From positions 9,528,283-9,592,282 of the forward strand of contig OZ316892.1 in the NCBI GenBank assembly GCA_973895155.1: 64,000 nucleotides of DNA, written 5' to 3'. Positions 35,463 to 49,710 of the stretch are shown here, one piece after another. The stretch's first letter is position 1. Each line of letters begins with the position of its first letter. The notes under the pieces are model-generated. The model was not told the origin of the DNA and searched no databases. It saw nothing but the letters and a program-made list of their open reading frames with translations. The DNA is from Marsupella aquatica. Lineage: Eukaryota; Plantae; Marchantiophyta. The translations under genes and the position numbers were made by a program.

Positions 35463-38400
35463 CTAGCTCTGCTTTATGTCTGAGCTAAGGAGAAGCTCAA
35501 TCTCTTCTAGAGAACGGCCTTTCGTTTCAATAAGAAAAACGTTGGCAAATATGATGGACAATGTGGAGACTACACCAAAACTAGTGTACACAGTTGAGAG
35601 ACCAAATCGTTGCACCAGCTCCAGGAACAGGAGACCAATTCCAAAGTTGCATACCTGAACATTGCCCCACAAACATCTGTCAAATTCTGGTCTAACAGTT
35701 TCCAGCTACATGAATGCTCCCCAATTGGTTTAATTGTGTTCTACAACTGGTAAAAGTATGTCCATAAGAGAATTAGAATTATCAAACACAAAGTCTTTAA
35801 ATGGAGATTAATTACACAGAACTGTGCGGAAATGGAGGTCTAACAATTCTCATTACTGAACATACCCAGTGGACACAAAGGCTGAATGCCATGGCCTTCG
35901 CACGAATTCTTGTGCTACACATCTCTGGGAGAATGACAGCTACAACTGGTCCTGCCCCTAAGGCAAACGTGAATACATAACTGCATTCAGAAACCGAACG
36001 CATCTAGTTAATCCTTTGGGAAGTTCATGATACCAAAGAAGCCAACAAAGGATGAAGTGCAAGTGTGGACTTGTTAAACGATCCTGCGAGAGAAGGCACC
36101 GAGCGTCGGGTAATTGTGAATTATGCATCTACAGAAATACAATAACCCTCGACATCTCTGTAAGATTGATGCTTGGCCACTGAATAACTGTCCGTCCTAG
36201 TTAGAGAAAGAGAAACGATAACTTCCCCTGCAAATGGCAGGCACAGAAGATGACCAGCAATTTACATTTCTATAAGATGGAAAATAAATATGATCTACAA
36301 CTACAAGAAAGTGCCCCTACTTCACACAGTCAACTTATGACTCTGCTAGCGCAAGAAACGGTTTAAACTTACATTAGTGTACCAGTTACAGTCATGCCAT
36401 GTGATAACTGTTCGTCCATGGGAATATTGAGCGCTGAAACCATCATGGCCATGGATATTGCCTGTAGGTTGAAATGCAATGTGTCAGTGTCTGTACTATC
36501 AGCGTAGGAATGTCATCAAAAATCCGTCGAATCATCAAAATCAGAAGGCCTTGCTGTAGAATGCTATGAACGTCATTGACCGTGGCAAACGAAAATTTGA
36601 AAATCAGAAAGCAAGGGCAGCTACTTCTTTTGTGAGTACTAACCATTCCTGCATAACTACCCATGAGTAGTTTCTTCCGTCCTTGAGAATCCATTAGAGA
36701 TGACGCCACAAGTGCACCTGCATTCACCCAATGTACCATTGGAGTATGATTTACAGTCCCTCAACAGAACAGGGAGATGCCTTGTTTCTAGATCATAACC
36801 CAAGCCTTACATGTAATAATTAGATGCTAGATTATCATGAGGAAAAAATACTCCGTTGCGATGAAAAGGGGTTGCACATGCCAGTAGAAGCATCAGTTAC
36901 CTGTAAGATTTGCAAATCCCACCGCTGCACTCGCGGCGATGCTATCGGTGACTCCCGCATCATGGAAGTTCGACGATGAAAAGTAGAGTACACCATTGAT
37001 ACCTGCAAACTGTTGAAGTGCAAACAAAGCACCTCCAATTGCTACCACTGTGAACAAAAATAAGACAGGTGAACCAAAATATTACAAGGTTGCCTCGCGA
37101 CGCATGAGCTTATTTGCCGAACGAGCTTTCGTTACAGTTGAACAATCCAGTTTTGTAATGTAGACTATAAACTCTAGACAAATGCCGGAGACTCTTCATA
37201 AATGAAATTGGCCTTAAGTCAATCAAATTTTAAATCAGGTTTTTAAGAGAAACGATCATCGAAATTATAGAATTAAGAACCCACACATAACGTATGCATG
37301 CTATGGAAATCAATTCAAGACAAATATTCCCAGGTACTGTTTGTGGAGACCTACGAAAGGTTGCTTTCAGTGTACCTTTCAAGTAGCGCTGGGTCAGGAG
37401 CTCTGCCCAAGACGCCTCTTCTTCTTGTGCACTATTTGCGTTCCTAAGTTCTTCCATTGCATCTTCTACTTGTTCCTTTCCCCAAAGTTTTTCATATGTC
37501 GAGCTTGCCTCATTCCATCTGCCCATCTGGACAATGGACAGCAATCTCTATGATGAGAATTGTTTCATGACAAGAAGAGCTAGAATTACCGTCAAAGCAA
37601 ACGTTATAATAAGCATTGTCACTCACTTTGCCTAACCAGCGTGGGCTTTCAACACAAAACTGCATCCCAGTGGCCAGAAGGGCACCGGGAATGGTTGCCA
37701 CCCAGAACATTGTCCGCCACCTACAATTCCGAAACCAGATCACATTCTGGAAACTGTTAGGACAGACTGTAAGTCGGTTACAAAATGACGGCAAGACGAG
37801 AGAAGGTCTCCATGAGCGGAAAATCAGGTAAATTGACAGGTTAATCCCATATGGTTAGGCTAGCAAATGGTGTCTTAGCTACGCAAAGAGGCATACAGTC
37901 CCTGTTTCAGTTCGCAATAGTACGACAAATTTTGTTAAAGGAAACATGTTATCTGAAGGGTTCCCACCCGAAGCTACTTTGCATGATGTTGCGTGAAAAT
38001 TGATATCGCTCCTTTTCTCATCCTCGGGCAAAGGATAGTTTGTCATAAGGATTCGTACCAGTGAGGATCCGTCTCAACTGGCACGCCACAGATCAATGCT
38101 GCAATAATGCCGATGCATGTTCCAATTTGACAGAAGCTGCTCAGAGTTCCTCTAAATTTGGTTGGTGCAATCTGCGGGAGACAGCAGCACGTGGGATCAT
38201 ACTAATTATAAACTAACCTTCATCACAATTGGACCCAATTCCTCACCTGACTCAAAATCCCAAGGTGTCAGTTTGTGGACCATATAAGCAAGGAGTTGCT
38301 CCATGAAACATTCAAATGAAAGGCTGCTCATAAACACAAGCAAGGTAGACAATATTCAATTCAATTAAGTTGGATTAGAATAACATCCTTAAACAAAGAG

Positions 38401-40404
38401 CGATACAGAGAGCAAGGCAGCAGATGAAAAATCCTGACATAGAAAACCACGACGGAGAAAATCAAACCTCTGAGATGTAAAGTGGGACTAACGCAGTGTT
38501 TACTCCAATACCAACTCCAACCAGAAGGCGGCCAATTACCATGGCTTCTACTGAGTCCGCCGTTGCACTGGAAATCCATCAACAGGCAAGCAATGGCAAC
38601 GTAGGTGAGGAACTCAATCAATCCAAACAATCTACAACCAAAATAACTGCAGATATCACTATCACCACACCCATCTGAAGATTTTCGAAGAGTTCCAATT
38701 AACAAAGTCCTGACCGATTTTCCAAACTCCTTGTGGCATTCAAACTCAGGTGATATAGCAATAAAAGTCGCTGGAACATTTATGAGGTCAACCTATTTGA
38801 TGTCCGACGGCTAGAGAGGACGTAATACCAAACTGCTCTCGAAGAGCAACTACAAGATTTCAGAGTGCTAATTTTGAATCGGAGTTGAGCTTTGTTTCAA
38901 AAAGGATGGGAGCATCGGACAGCTTCTGCATAATCCCTGCCCCAAACCTACGAACAACAAAGTAATTAAATCTCGTAGTTAGCTTTACATATTGCTACTC
39001 AGGTCCGTGGATAGGGTTGAAAAATCCCAGTACCTGACCACAGCTCCTACCACGAGGGGGATAGAGCATATTTGAAATGTTCGCCTTCTTCCAATAGCGT
39101 CCGAGAGCACACCGCCACTGATGCTGCCAACAAAGGCCCCGACAAGGAATATACTGACTACAAACCCCTCCAATATGGTATTGCCATCAAAACTCAACTC
39201 CTTCGCAATTGAATCCAATGGCCCATTTATGATCCTGCAGACCCAACCAGAGAAAAAGGCTGTTAACTTGGCTCGATCAAACGAAGCTTGATGAGAGCGA
39301 AAACCTAAACATGAAAGATGAACGTTCATGGAACAAATTTAGGTGCAAAGTAGATTGAGTTTGCGATCGCGTGTTGCCCGAATCCATTAGTGAAATGTTG
39401 AACACCCGTAGAACAAAGGGTGCAAAATAGATTGACTTTGAGATCGCATGTAGCCAGAATCCATGAAGCGAAACGTTCTTAGCTTGAATAACTTTTTGAT
39501 CGCATGAGGCGGAAAATGCTACCTTCCCAACTTTGGTCAAACCAACCTAATTGCAAATTTTCTACCTTCTCCGGACGGAAAGGGGTGCCTGTCTGGAAAA
39601 TGTACCTAGTCTTTTAAGATAATAATATGAACCACTCTGGTTTCTCTGTTCATCCTGCTTATAGTAACTATCAAATTTGTTTTCGGAGACTGGCACGATA
39701 AGGGTAGAGAGCCGTGTAAATGGAATGTGGATGCATTCCCAAACTCTGCCAAAATTTAACTCGCATTCTATCCTCGTCTTGGTGATGACCATTAATACAA
39801 TCTCGTTCCACCTTATGAAGTTGAAATTATCTCCTTTCATGAGAACGATAGTAGAATGATAGTAAAGGTATTGCAGCAGACCCAATGTGGTAACCAAACA
39901 GAAAATTGGCCATGGCAGCAGTGGTCACGTGAGGGAACGATGGCAGCCACGAGAGGTCCCATCTTGCTTCTGGTTCTACTCCTCCTTCGCTACTGCTTAT
40001 GTCCTGGACACTCGCCTTCTGATCATCTACCTCTGCAACACCAAGAATCCCATGATTTTTCTGTGTTAGCACATGGCATTGAGCGAAAATGAGAGCAGCT
40101 ATATTCATCTGAAGTGCGACCACAAGGAATGAAACGACATGTTACCAGGATCCAAATTTTGGGAGTCCTCCTTGATTTGAACCTTAGGAGAAGAGGACAG
40201 CCTCCGACCACTCGTTGAAACCGGAGCATAAGAAGAAGACGAGAGCTTCGAGAATTGATGGTTGCTTGGACGAATCCTTGCACTATTGCTAAAATTTACA
40301 TGACACCCTACCCTGCCCACTGACCACAAGCTCCGGCTCGGACCCAATTCAGATTTTCGCTCCACAGGAGCTGAGAAAAAAGCCCAGCTTCCAGCTACCG
40401 CCAT
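35463..40404 (-). CDS. Plastidic glucose transporter (MFS sugar porter, pGlcT/SGB1 subfamily), 12 exons
   Basis: Exons 40404-40146, 40032-39882, 39234-39034, 38567-38468, 38171-38059, 37720-37627, 37526-37376, 37047-36901, 36717-36644, 36461-36373, 35980-35866, 35654-35463, all GT-AG. Ser-rich transit-peptide-like N-terminus; motifs NFLFGYHIG, IINGPL, DAIGRRR, ESPRWL, MDSQGRK, FALGAGPV, ETKGRSLEEIE. Confidence 0.93.
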
Positions 40405-41839
40405 TACTGACGGCCAACGCCTCCACACCCAACTTTCAGCTCCCTTTCAACCCCTCAAAACGCTCTCACGTTCCGGTCCCCAGGGCAGTTCAGCACTCTG
40501 TCCAAATCAATTCAGAGTATGATGATGAGAATTGAGACAATTCAATGTGGAGCTGAATTCTCAACTCATACATTTGCATCCGGTCCAACAAGGCTGGCTC
40601 TCTGACTGACCATGAGTAGACTCTATTGCCTCTATTCATTCTTCCTCACCAAGATCCCCGAGCATGTAATATAATACGGAGACATCTGAAAAGCAGCGGA
40701 AATCATGGACCATATTGACAGACAGATTCACCCAATTGAAATGCCTAATTCATCACTGTCCACTGGTTGCTGCTGTCTCCCGTTTTGCACAGCCATAGAA
40801 TTAATAATTCTCTGTGCATTTTGTGCTCCTCTCCTGTCCAGAATCTTCCGGCGAGAAGAAAACGAGGACAGCTTCTCCACTTGGAGACCTTTTTAATAGG
40901 ATAATGTCATGGTTAGAGAGCGTTATGAGATATAATGGCCCAAGAACGAGAGCGGTAGTCCACAAGTTTTGAGTGACTCTATCCTCACAATGTCTGTGGC
41001 TAGTATATTAAGATCCATAAAAATTTGAGCGATTTTTGCAAACCGACTAAAAATAAATAAAAGTATGAAACACATTAAAAGGTCATTTAATTAACAATTT
41101 GTTGCCAAGCAATTGCTCTATAGCAAGAAGGAAGTTAAAAGTGCAGTTTATAGATTCTCCACACACATATAGGAAACAGTTGGATGGGTAGTAATCCCCA
41201 AAAGGAAGGGAGGTAGTATGGAAAATCAAAGCACTCAAAAATACAAAGAGAAAAATCACTAGTGTCTTACGTGTAGGGTAACCCAATCCCAAGAGGGATA
41301 ATGGGACTTTCTGTGTAGAGTGGCCCAATCTAAAGGAGGGGTAATGGCATGTAATCCCCAAGGTCCTGAGCCAGAGCGGCTTAAAGCTTTATCAGGGCTA
41401 AGCCCCCAAGTGAATTTTGAAACATTGAGTGCACTTTAACATTCATTTACAAAACTTTTGGCATAGTTGCTGGCCATTGTTTGCCACTTGTGCCTTACCA
41501 GATACTAAGGCATGTATAAATGCATTTTCATTCAAATTTGAGAATCCCCAGGTCAGGCTGGCACATGGGTTCCATGGACTTGCCCATGGGATAGTGCCTC
41601 CCCTGTGCCTCAGAAGTTTTAAGCAGAAAATTCCCAAGGGGGTTTACGTATATTGTACAATTTGGTTTATAGGGCATTGTCAGATATAATGTCCCCAAAA
41701 CTATAGCTTCGGCTTGAGTTTTGAGGGGCCATTATTGCCCATAATTCTATCTGGTAACAAGGCCTTAATACACTTAAAGGTCTCTCATCTCCATGGCTTC
41801 ACCCTGGGCTTCACCGACAGTCACATTTCCTATTTCTCA

Positions 41840-42880
41840 AAGTGGTTTTGGGTTTACTTCCATTGAGAGTATTGCCCCCGGCCTTGGCATTTTTGGGTTC
41901 ATGGGCACCCTTGTCCTCCTTGTTGGCTGATTGCTTCCTCGTTGCGGATCAGCCTTTTCTACTTTCATCCCTTATGGAGGTTGAGGGGGATTCTCTCCCA
42001 TTTCAGGTTCATTTGCGCAACACAGGGTCCTCTATCGGATCTTGTACACACCGCATTACCTTCTTTTCGGGAAGTTTTATCCTTGGATCCTCTCCGTCTT
42101 CATGCTTACCTTGTTGAGCATATGCACACTTTCATCCTCTCTAGCATCGATCCTCACCAAGGTACCTGAAATGGACCAAGCTTGGATTCTTTCTTCTGCA
42201 AGGAAAGGTGTTGGAGGGTGGCTTCAGGCCAATCCGGCCATCCCCCATCTGCGGATGTCTTTATAGGAGTTCTCCATCACCATTCATCTTTTTCTAGGGC
42301 TATCCCATCCTCTTCTCGTAGGTCTACCCACTTCATGCACATGTGGGAAGCCTTGTGGTACCACAGGGGTCCATCTTCAATGCAATGTGGGAGGCAAAAC
42401 CATAGTCGTTCATGATGTTGTAAGAGATGTTACTGCTCAGGTTCTCTTTGGATCTTTGGTACACATTCGAAGGGAGGTTATGCTTGAGCTACCTGGTCCT
42501 CCACCACAACGATTATGGGTTGATCTGATCATGGTCCATGATGGTCGGTGTACTTTGGCAGATGTTGTGGTACTAGCAAACCCTTTGCCTCGAGACCTCA
42601 TTGAGTTAGCAGCAACAATGGCAAGAGCAACGGCATCCCATACGGCCACAACAAAGGAGGCAAAATATGTCGCTCAAGCTTCATCAGATTCCTTCCTCCC
42701 CTTGCTATTGAGATTTTTGGGCATCTTCATCATCAGTTTGATGGGCTTCTTCGACAGGCTGCTTGTGACATTCATGGATGGATGGGTGCCTCCAGACCCC
42801 ACTATCCATCTGACCATGCACTTTTGTAAGTCCATTTCAGTGGCCTTATAGCGTGCCCAAGCTCGAGCCATTAATCATTG
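41840..42880 (+). mobile_element. Degenerate non-LTR retrotransposon 3' end, CRE-like (restriction-like endonuclease)
   Basis: GLLPL...PALAFLGSWA, GGWLQANP, HDVVRD, DVVVLANP, ATTKEAKY and FLPL are typical of post-RT and REL-endonuclease regions. Multiple frameshifts. Confidence 0.55.
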
Positions 42881-43729
42881 ATCCCTCGCAGTAGGAGCCA
42901 CTCTGCCTCCACCGACACTAGCCCCCCTAGAGGACGTTCCTGTCCCCTTGATGTAGTAAGGACATTGGATGTGGCCTATTAGCTCTTGTCACATTTTCCA
43001 ATGTGGACACTGCCTATAGTTGTTGAGTTTGTAGTCATGCACTGGTTGACACCCTTCCCTTTATTTTCTTCAGTTTTTTAGGTTTGCACTTGCTTTCTTT
43101 TTCTTTGTTTGGTTTTTGTCCTCTTTGGACCTCTCTTTCTTTGGACCACTTTTTCTTGCCTTTCATTGTACTTTGTTTTTTTCCTGGTTTATAAACTTTG
43201 GTGACTTGTCTCAAAATCTAGCAAATGTGAAGGATAATTTCATGAGTGTGCATTTTTCTTCAAGAACACAATGAAATTTACAAAGAGGAAATTCATGAAG
43301 GGTAAGTGAAGACCATGGATCAATTTGGTGGGTTCTTTGAGCTTTTTGGACAGCTCAAGACCAATTTCTAAGAAGAGCCACACAAAGTACACTAATGTGA
43401 TGGGGTCCCCGTCACTCAAAATCACGAATAATGAGTCACGGAGTGTTGCGCAGTGTAAATAACCATTGTAAATAAGCATTTTTCAAATTTAAGTCAATTC
43501 CGTCACTTGTGACCGAAGTACTGTATTTATCTTTATCCCCTAATTGTTCTGCAAATATGTTGAGCGGAGGGCCCTGCCTTTGGGGGACTCCCCATTATTT
43601 TATGGCCATTTTTAGAGACCCCAATAGCAAGGTTGATGGGAAGAAGAAGTAAAACAGGACCGGGAGCAAGGAGTTTTTTTATGAGTGAAGGTGACCCCAG
43701 CAGTGGACGTTGGGGGGAAGTTTTTTTGG

Positions 43730-44520
43730 TTTGGCTGGAGGGCGTGACCCCGGGAGTAAGGTGGCGCGGGCCGGGCTGGGCGCAGAGGAGCCGGGGCGGA
43801 CGGCGGTGGCTGCCGCGAGCCCTGCATAGGGCCGCGTGCAGGAGGTGGGGGGGGGGAATTAAATCCCCCGTTTGAGGTGCTGCCGCGAGTGGCAGGCTGG
43901 GCCGGGGCGCAGGTGACACCGCGAGTGGGGCGCAGAGGAGCCGAGAGCCGGTCGGGTTGGTAGGGGCGAGCGGGAGCGCCATCGCAAGGGATATAAGGGG
44001 GGGTTAAAAACCCCCATAGGGACGGAGCCGGGAGGTGCAGCCGCGTGGCATGACGAGGCACGCCCTGCATAGGGCTGCGTGCCCGCCAATGGGGCGCAGG
44101 TGCTGCCGCGAGTTACAAGGCTGGGCCGGGGCGCAGGTGCTGCCGTGAGCGGGATGGGGGCCTCCATAGGGAGGCGAGCCCTCCATTGCAAGCAGCCGAG
44201 GGAGCTAAGAGGCTGCCAAAAATAAGGGATTAAATCCCCCAATACAGGGCACTAAATGCTCCCGGGGGCAGGGCGCAGCGAGCCGAATGAGGAAGGAGCA
44301 GGGCTAGGCGCAGCGAGTATAAAGGGGGGGGTAAATGATTCCCCCATCCCAAGGAGGCAGAGAGGGCAGGTATGGGCGAGGAGAAGTGAGTATTTAAGGG
44401 GGAGGCCTAATAAAGGGAGCCCCCATGGTTTTTTTTTGGAAGAGGCTCCCCGCACCTGGGGGAGGCCTCGAAGAGCCATTACAAGGCGGTGGGGGAATAA
44501 AAATCCCCCGATCCTCGGAA
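43730..44520. repeat. GC-rich tract with recurring GGGG-(A/T)n-CCCC hairpins and ggctgggccggggcgcaggtg repeats
   Basis: Hairpin-like motifs at ~43847, ~43997, ~44226, ~44323 and ~44490; ggctgggccggggcgcaggtg at ~43895 and ~44119. Confidence 0.6.
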
Positions 44521-44874
44521 GGTGCCAATAGGTTTGAAGGGGAGCCGGCCACCTATAAGGGTTGTCCAGGAGAGCACAGGGGTATTGGGGTTCTTTTTTC
44601 CTTTTGTCTGAAAACATCGTCTCTCTTTTCTCCCCCATGGCCGAATGTCTTTCTCTTTTCTTCCTTCCAAAACCTCTCACTCCTCTCCATTCCGAAAGCT
44701 CTTTTGGGGGAGCTTAAGTGTCATGGGAGGGTGAGGCCCTTATGACGGCAGCATTTGGACCCCCCCTGAGTGAGGTGGAGCCGGCCGGGTTGGGGGCCGG
44801 ACGGGCCGGGGAAACAAGGATTTTTGGGGAGATTGTTGTCTGGTAAGTGAAACTTTTCGTGATGGTTTCCTCTG

Positions 44875-46558
44875 GTGGTTTGGCTGAGGGGAAGTAGAGT
44901 GGACTCGAGATCGTGGTACGGGGGCTATACGGGCCAGGAATTGTACAGTGTGACGGGAATTGTGGTGATAGGAGAATTCTTAGTGTGGATGTTTGATCCA
45001 CCTGAGTTCAGTACAGCCCGTGTTCGTCGATACAAGGCTGCTTACCGGGAGTACATTGCCACAAGAATTAGGGAGGAGGGAGAGAAATGTCGGTCGGCCG
45101 CCATGAGTACGGGATCTGGAACGCCTAGCACTACGGTTGTACGGAAGGTTTTCCGTAGGGTGTACCCCCACACTTCTGCCAAGGTGATGGAAGAGGGCAA
45201 GGAGATTTTTCAGGCTACAGGGGCTCACCAATTTCATGGGTGTAGAGATTATGATTCCTCCCGACAGGACTTGGGACATTGCGGCTGGATTGGAGTGCCG
45301 TACGGAGGGGATTTATTTTCATTGTAACAGTCAGTTGATCCCTCACGTGGAGTTGGCCAAGCTCTTATTTCTCGATGACCAGGACTTCACGTTTCAGCCA
45401 GTAGAGCCACCTGGTGTTTTTACGTTGGAAGAACTAGCTGAGGTGGTGAGGGACCCCCTTTCCGTAACTACCATCCCCCTCTCAACGTTCAAGGATCCAG
45501 CGTACAAGGTGTTTGTGGCCAAGGTACACCAGCGGGTACTTGGTAGGGGGCAATCAGGGACGGTAAGTGGAGATCAGTTGGCTATTGCCACCGACATCAA
45601 GACTCACCCACGTCACATGTACGGATGGTGGTATTTCGGGATGAGGAAATCATTGGCCATGGATCCTAAGAGTGTGAAGACGGGAGGAGGCATGCACTTG
45701 GTGGGGTCTTTCCTATTGGCCAGGCGGGAAGGGCTTCTTCCCTCACCGGGCACAGGAGGGGAAACGGTGCCACCCTTCACCACGGAAATACGGAGGATAG
45801 CCACCACCATATTAGGAAGCTTGGTGAAGGGGCCACCGTCTGAGCCAATAGCCCAACCTACTACCGAAGATGACCCAGATGAGGATAGCGTTATGGAGTG
45901 GTTGGAGTCCCTTGTGGGGAACCCAGAGGAGCCTCTTGATTACGAAGTGCCCGAGGTGTACTTGGCCGAATTACGTGATTTTTGTGATGGAGTGCATGAG
46001 GGGCTTAAGTTGTGCCGAACATTGAAGGAGGCCATCAACCAAGGCCAGGCCAAGGTGGAGATGTTACAAGTAAGTAATAAGGCCTTGAAAGAGGTGGTCA
46101 AGGCAAAGGAGGTGGTAATTCAAGAGCAAGGGAGGTCGCTCAAGGAGTCACATATTCAGGTTTTACAACTGGAAGGAGCCTTATCTACTAAGGCTAAGGA
46201 GGCGCTGGAGGTGGGAGTTTTGAGAGATGAAGTGACCAAGCTCAAGCTGGGCACTGGTGAGGTCGAGAGACTCAAGAAGGAAGTTGTAGACTTACGGGGT
46301 CAAGTTGGACTCCTTGAGACCAGGGCCAAGAGGAACAATACGTTGAGGCTGGGGAAGAGGAAGAGCCCATCTCCCTCTAGCCCTACCCTCTCCCCAGATT
46401 TTATCTCAAAAGCCATTGAGATGGTGGTAAGAGAAGTAACTCAATGGTACGGGCCAATGTTGGAAGCGGCCAAGAGGGAGAAGGAGAAGAGTAAGATGTT
46501 GGAGAAACAGTTGCGAGAGACCCGTAAGTCATCACGAGAAACTAGTCACGATGACTAG
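44875..46558 (+). pseudogene. Retrotransposon accessory-type ORF with C-terminal coiled coil, one frameshift near 45235
   Basis: ORFs 44875..45327 and 45236..46558 join at ...TGAHQF/MGVEIM... The product is intronless, with an acidic linker and a long coiled coil, resembling extra ORFs of Athila/Tat-like Gypsy elements. Family assignment is uncertain. Confidence 0.4.
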
Positions 46559-47475
46559 CTAGTCACCTCCCCTTCTAGACAAAGCGGTGGAGGTGAGGAT
46601 TCCAGGGGGTGGAGCCCTGGTTCAGTCAGTGAGTCCGATGAAGACTAGTGTAGGGCCTTGCTTTTTATGCACTACGGAGTGGATGTGAGTACCGACGAAG
46701 GCACCGTTGGTACCGTAGTGGGCTAGGGTTTTTCACAGCGTGTGTGTGCCACACGCTTTAGGTTAGTTTATCTCTTAGATGTTTTTGGCGGCGCCGCTAG
46801 GGTTGCCGCCGTTGTTGCCATTCCATGAGGGGTGCTTTGGTGTTTTTTTCAGTATTTAGGGGGAGAGGCCCGTAGTAACAAGGGGGGAACTCAGTCTAGT
46901 GTTTGCTTAGGGAAGTTAGCTCATAGCCAGAAGAGGGAATCAAGCCAGAGTAGTGAGGTAGAGGTGTAGCATTTGCCCCAGTGAGGCAGTAGTTGGGCAG
47001 ACGGCAAGAGGCCGGGTTGTCCTTGCAATGTGTTACGACATTTTGCCAAAAGATATGGATTTGGTTTGATTCCTCAAGTTGTGGTGTGGCGTTATTTTTT
47101 TTTTGGTTCATGATTGTGTTCTTTCCCCAAGAAGTGTCTAAAGAATACTTGCACGGATTGGTCGTCCATGTGAGTAGGGGGGGTAGTGACAGCACTCCAC
47201 CAGCGACTAGTAGGAGTGTGTGTGTGGCGTAGTCCATGGGACTTGATCAAAAGCAACGGGACTAGTCGGTAGACTTGATCAAAAACTACATTTTTGGGAG
47301 TGGAAATAAACATACTCATCCTACATGCAATAGAATCCTAATAGCGTCCCTCCATGTTCCCGTCATACGATAACAAACGATTTTAGTAGAAGTAAATACG
47401 TATTTGTCATGTAAATCGTTTGATAAGCAGGTGACAACTAAGATAGAACTTATTGGTAAAGTTGTCTGACCAGGC

Positions 47476-47819
47476 TGTTAGATATTGCTCTAGTCTTGTG
47501 ACTCATGAGCTAACCACAGTTAGTCTAACTCGGGTTAGGACTTAGCTAATGTTAGCGGTAGTGCTGTTGTGCATATAGCCAAGGCTGATGCCAGACCCTG
47601 GTGGAACTTAGGCTCATTGTTGCGAAACTAGTTGAGAGATAGGGAGAGCTTGTGTTGTGGATGCTTGCTATGGCCGGTCGGCCTAGGGTGCAGTAAAGCT
47701 CTTGTGTGTTCCCATGGACATAGCCTCATGTGGAGGTGAACCACGTATCTCTCTGTGTCGACTATTGTGCGTTGGATGGTTCATGGACTTGTCGTTGCAA
47801 ATGTCGTCTATGCTCAACA
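47476..47819 (+). mobile_element. Solo LTR (344 bp) of the Copia family at 49365
   Basis: TGTTAG...CAACA termini, flanked by a perfect 5-bp TSD CAGGC (47471-47475 and 47820-47824). No PBS follows. About 93% identical by manual count to 49365-49708. Confidence 0.95.
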
Positions 47820-49364
47820 CAGGCATGCCCAATGGCTTTTCTTGGCAAATAGTGGGCACAGCGAGGGGCACAGAATGAAAAATAGCACAAAACAAAAGAT
47901 TTTCATGTGAAAACCTTTTTGGCAACCAAATGAATTAAAAACAGCTTTCAGGGTTTTTCAAAAACAAACACCAGCACATTTTAATTTATTTTTATTTGGA
48001 AACGTGACCAACACCCTATAAACTTTAATTTCTGGGAACAGCCTGAGAAAAAACAAAACAACCCTCTAGGAGGAGGAGACTTGAAAGAGCAAATGCAAAA
48101 TAAGGTGGCTGCCTAGAAGATGGAGCACCCCTAGAGGAGACAAAGGGCAACCTCCATCCCAACAACCAGAAGGAAGGAGGCACAAGAGAAAGGGAGGGAG
48201 GAACCCCAAAGGCAGAAAAAAACTAATCCCGAAAGCAAAAGAGAGCCCTAAGAGAGCAACAAAAAGTAACAATTAAACATGGCCAGAAAACTAGCATGTA
48301 AATTGAAATGGTCACTGCCAGCCAATCCCATAGCCGCCAATCAATTCCCATAATTATCCAGCAAGGAACGCCACCACTCAATCGTTTCCCATAACCAGCA
48401 AGAAACCACCACCACTGATGCAGGCAAAAATACAACCAAAGCTAGCTCTATGTTTCAAAATTCAGCAAGACATCGATCAGTACCACTCAATGAAACCATA
48501 TTTGAAGATCAGAGGACATTACCCTGATCACTGCACAGCACCAGAGCATATGGAACAAGAGGATACCTGGTTGTGAATAACCAATTGAGATGTAGAGAGA
48601 ATGACAATCCAATAGGGGTATGTCAACAGACATCAATTACTAGGCACTTCAAGAGGGATGATACATCTGTAGAGGGAACACCTAGAAAGATGAAAATAAG
48701 AGATAAAGATCTATAGCTTAGTGTGATGAGCTAATGGTCCACGTCTGTTCTTTAACTAAGCCTGCAAGTGCAACATGGATGTCCTCTAAGGAGGCAAGCC
48801 TCTAAAGGGTGGACTTTCCAGAAAGGGTCATACCGCAATTGCAGATTGAGCAAATTTGATGGTGGGTTTCCAAAAAGGTCTTGGGAGGTTGATTTTCTGC
48901 AGCTGGCAATGGATAAAACTTTGTCAAGAGCTTGCAAGTAGGTAGATCAATTTATTTGCGGAGTCCTCTGACTTTTGAAAGAGCCACTTTGACTAGGGCA
49001 GAGTCATGGTAAAAGGGCATGGGCCAGAATGCCCATGTGACATGGCGTTAACAGACAGAAAGGCCTAAGAGATTTTTCTGTTTATAATAATGCACGTAAA
49101 AGCAGAGGAGAAATTTCATGATTCTTGGATCCAAACCTAGACTGTGTATTAAAACTACAAAGCAAAAAATCACAAACTAAGGGCTTTAAGTAATGTAAAG
49201 TGTGAGGCAATACAAAAATGAAGCCAAAGGGAGCTAAAAACAGGCGGGGGTTGAGGCCTGGGCCCAAAAAGACAAAACTATGCCCAAATTCCCACCCCTA
49301 GCTAGATCTTGTTCTTGAACCCTCTATGTTGGTACATACCCAACCTGATCCTATTTCTGGCAAC

Positions 49365-49708
49365 TGTTAGATATTGCTCTAGTCTTGTGACTCATGAGCT
49401 AACCACAGTTAATCTAACTCGGGTTAGGACTTAGCTAATGTTAGCGGTTGTGCGGTTGTGCATATAGCCAGGGCTGAAGCCAGACCCTGGTGGAACTTAG
49501 GCTCATTGTTACGGAGCTAGTTGAGAGATAGGGAGAGCTTGTGCTGTGGATACTTGGTATGGTTGGTCGGCCTAGAGTGCAGTAAAGCTCTTGTGTGTTC
49601 CCGTGGACGTAGCCTCATGTGGAGGTGAACCACGTATCTCTCTATGTCAACTATTGTGCGTTGGATGGTTCATGGGCTTGCCGTTACGAATGTAGTCTAT
49701 GCTTAACA
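49365..49708 (+). repeat. Copia 5' LTR
   Basis: TG...CA termini, 344 bp, homologous to 47476-47819, followed by a PBS. Confidence 0.95.
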
Positions 49709-49710
49709 AG

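Noticed and set aside
43533-44745. Overlapping ORFs of 100-150 aa on both strands
   Set aside because: GC-rich repeat region with no recognisable domain.
48060-49000. Possible decayed Gypsy gag (KFDG motif)
   Set aside because: Too degraded to support beyond one short motif.
47476-49708. Two LTRs as a single 2.2-kb non-autonomous element (TRIM-like)
   Set aside because: The first LTR has its own TSD on both sides and no PBS; the PBS follows the second LTR.
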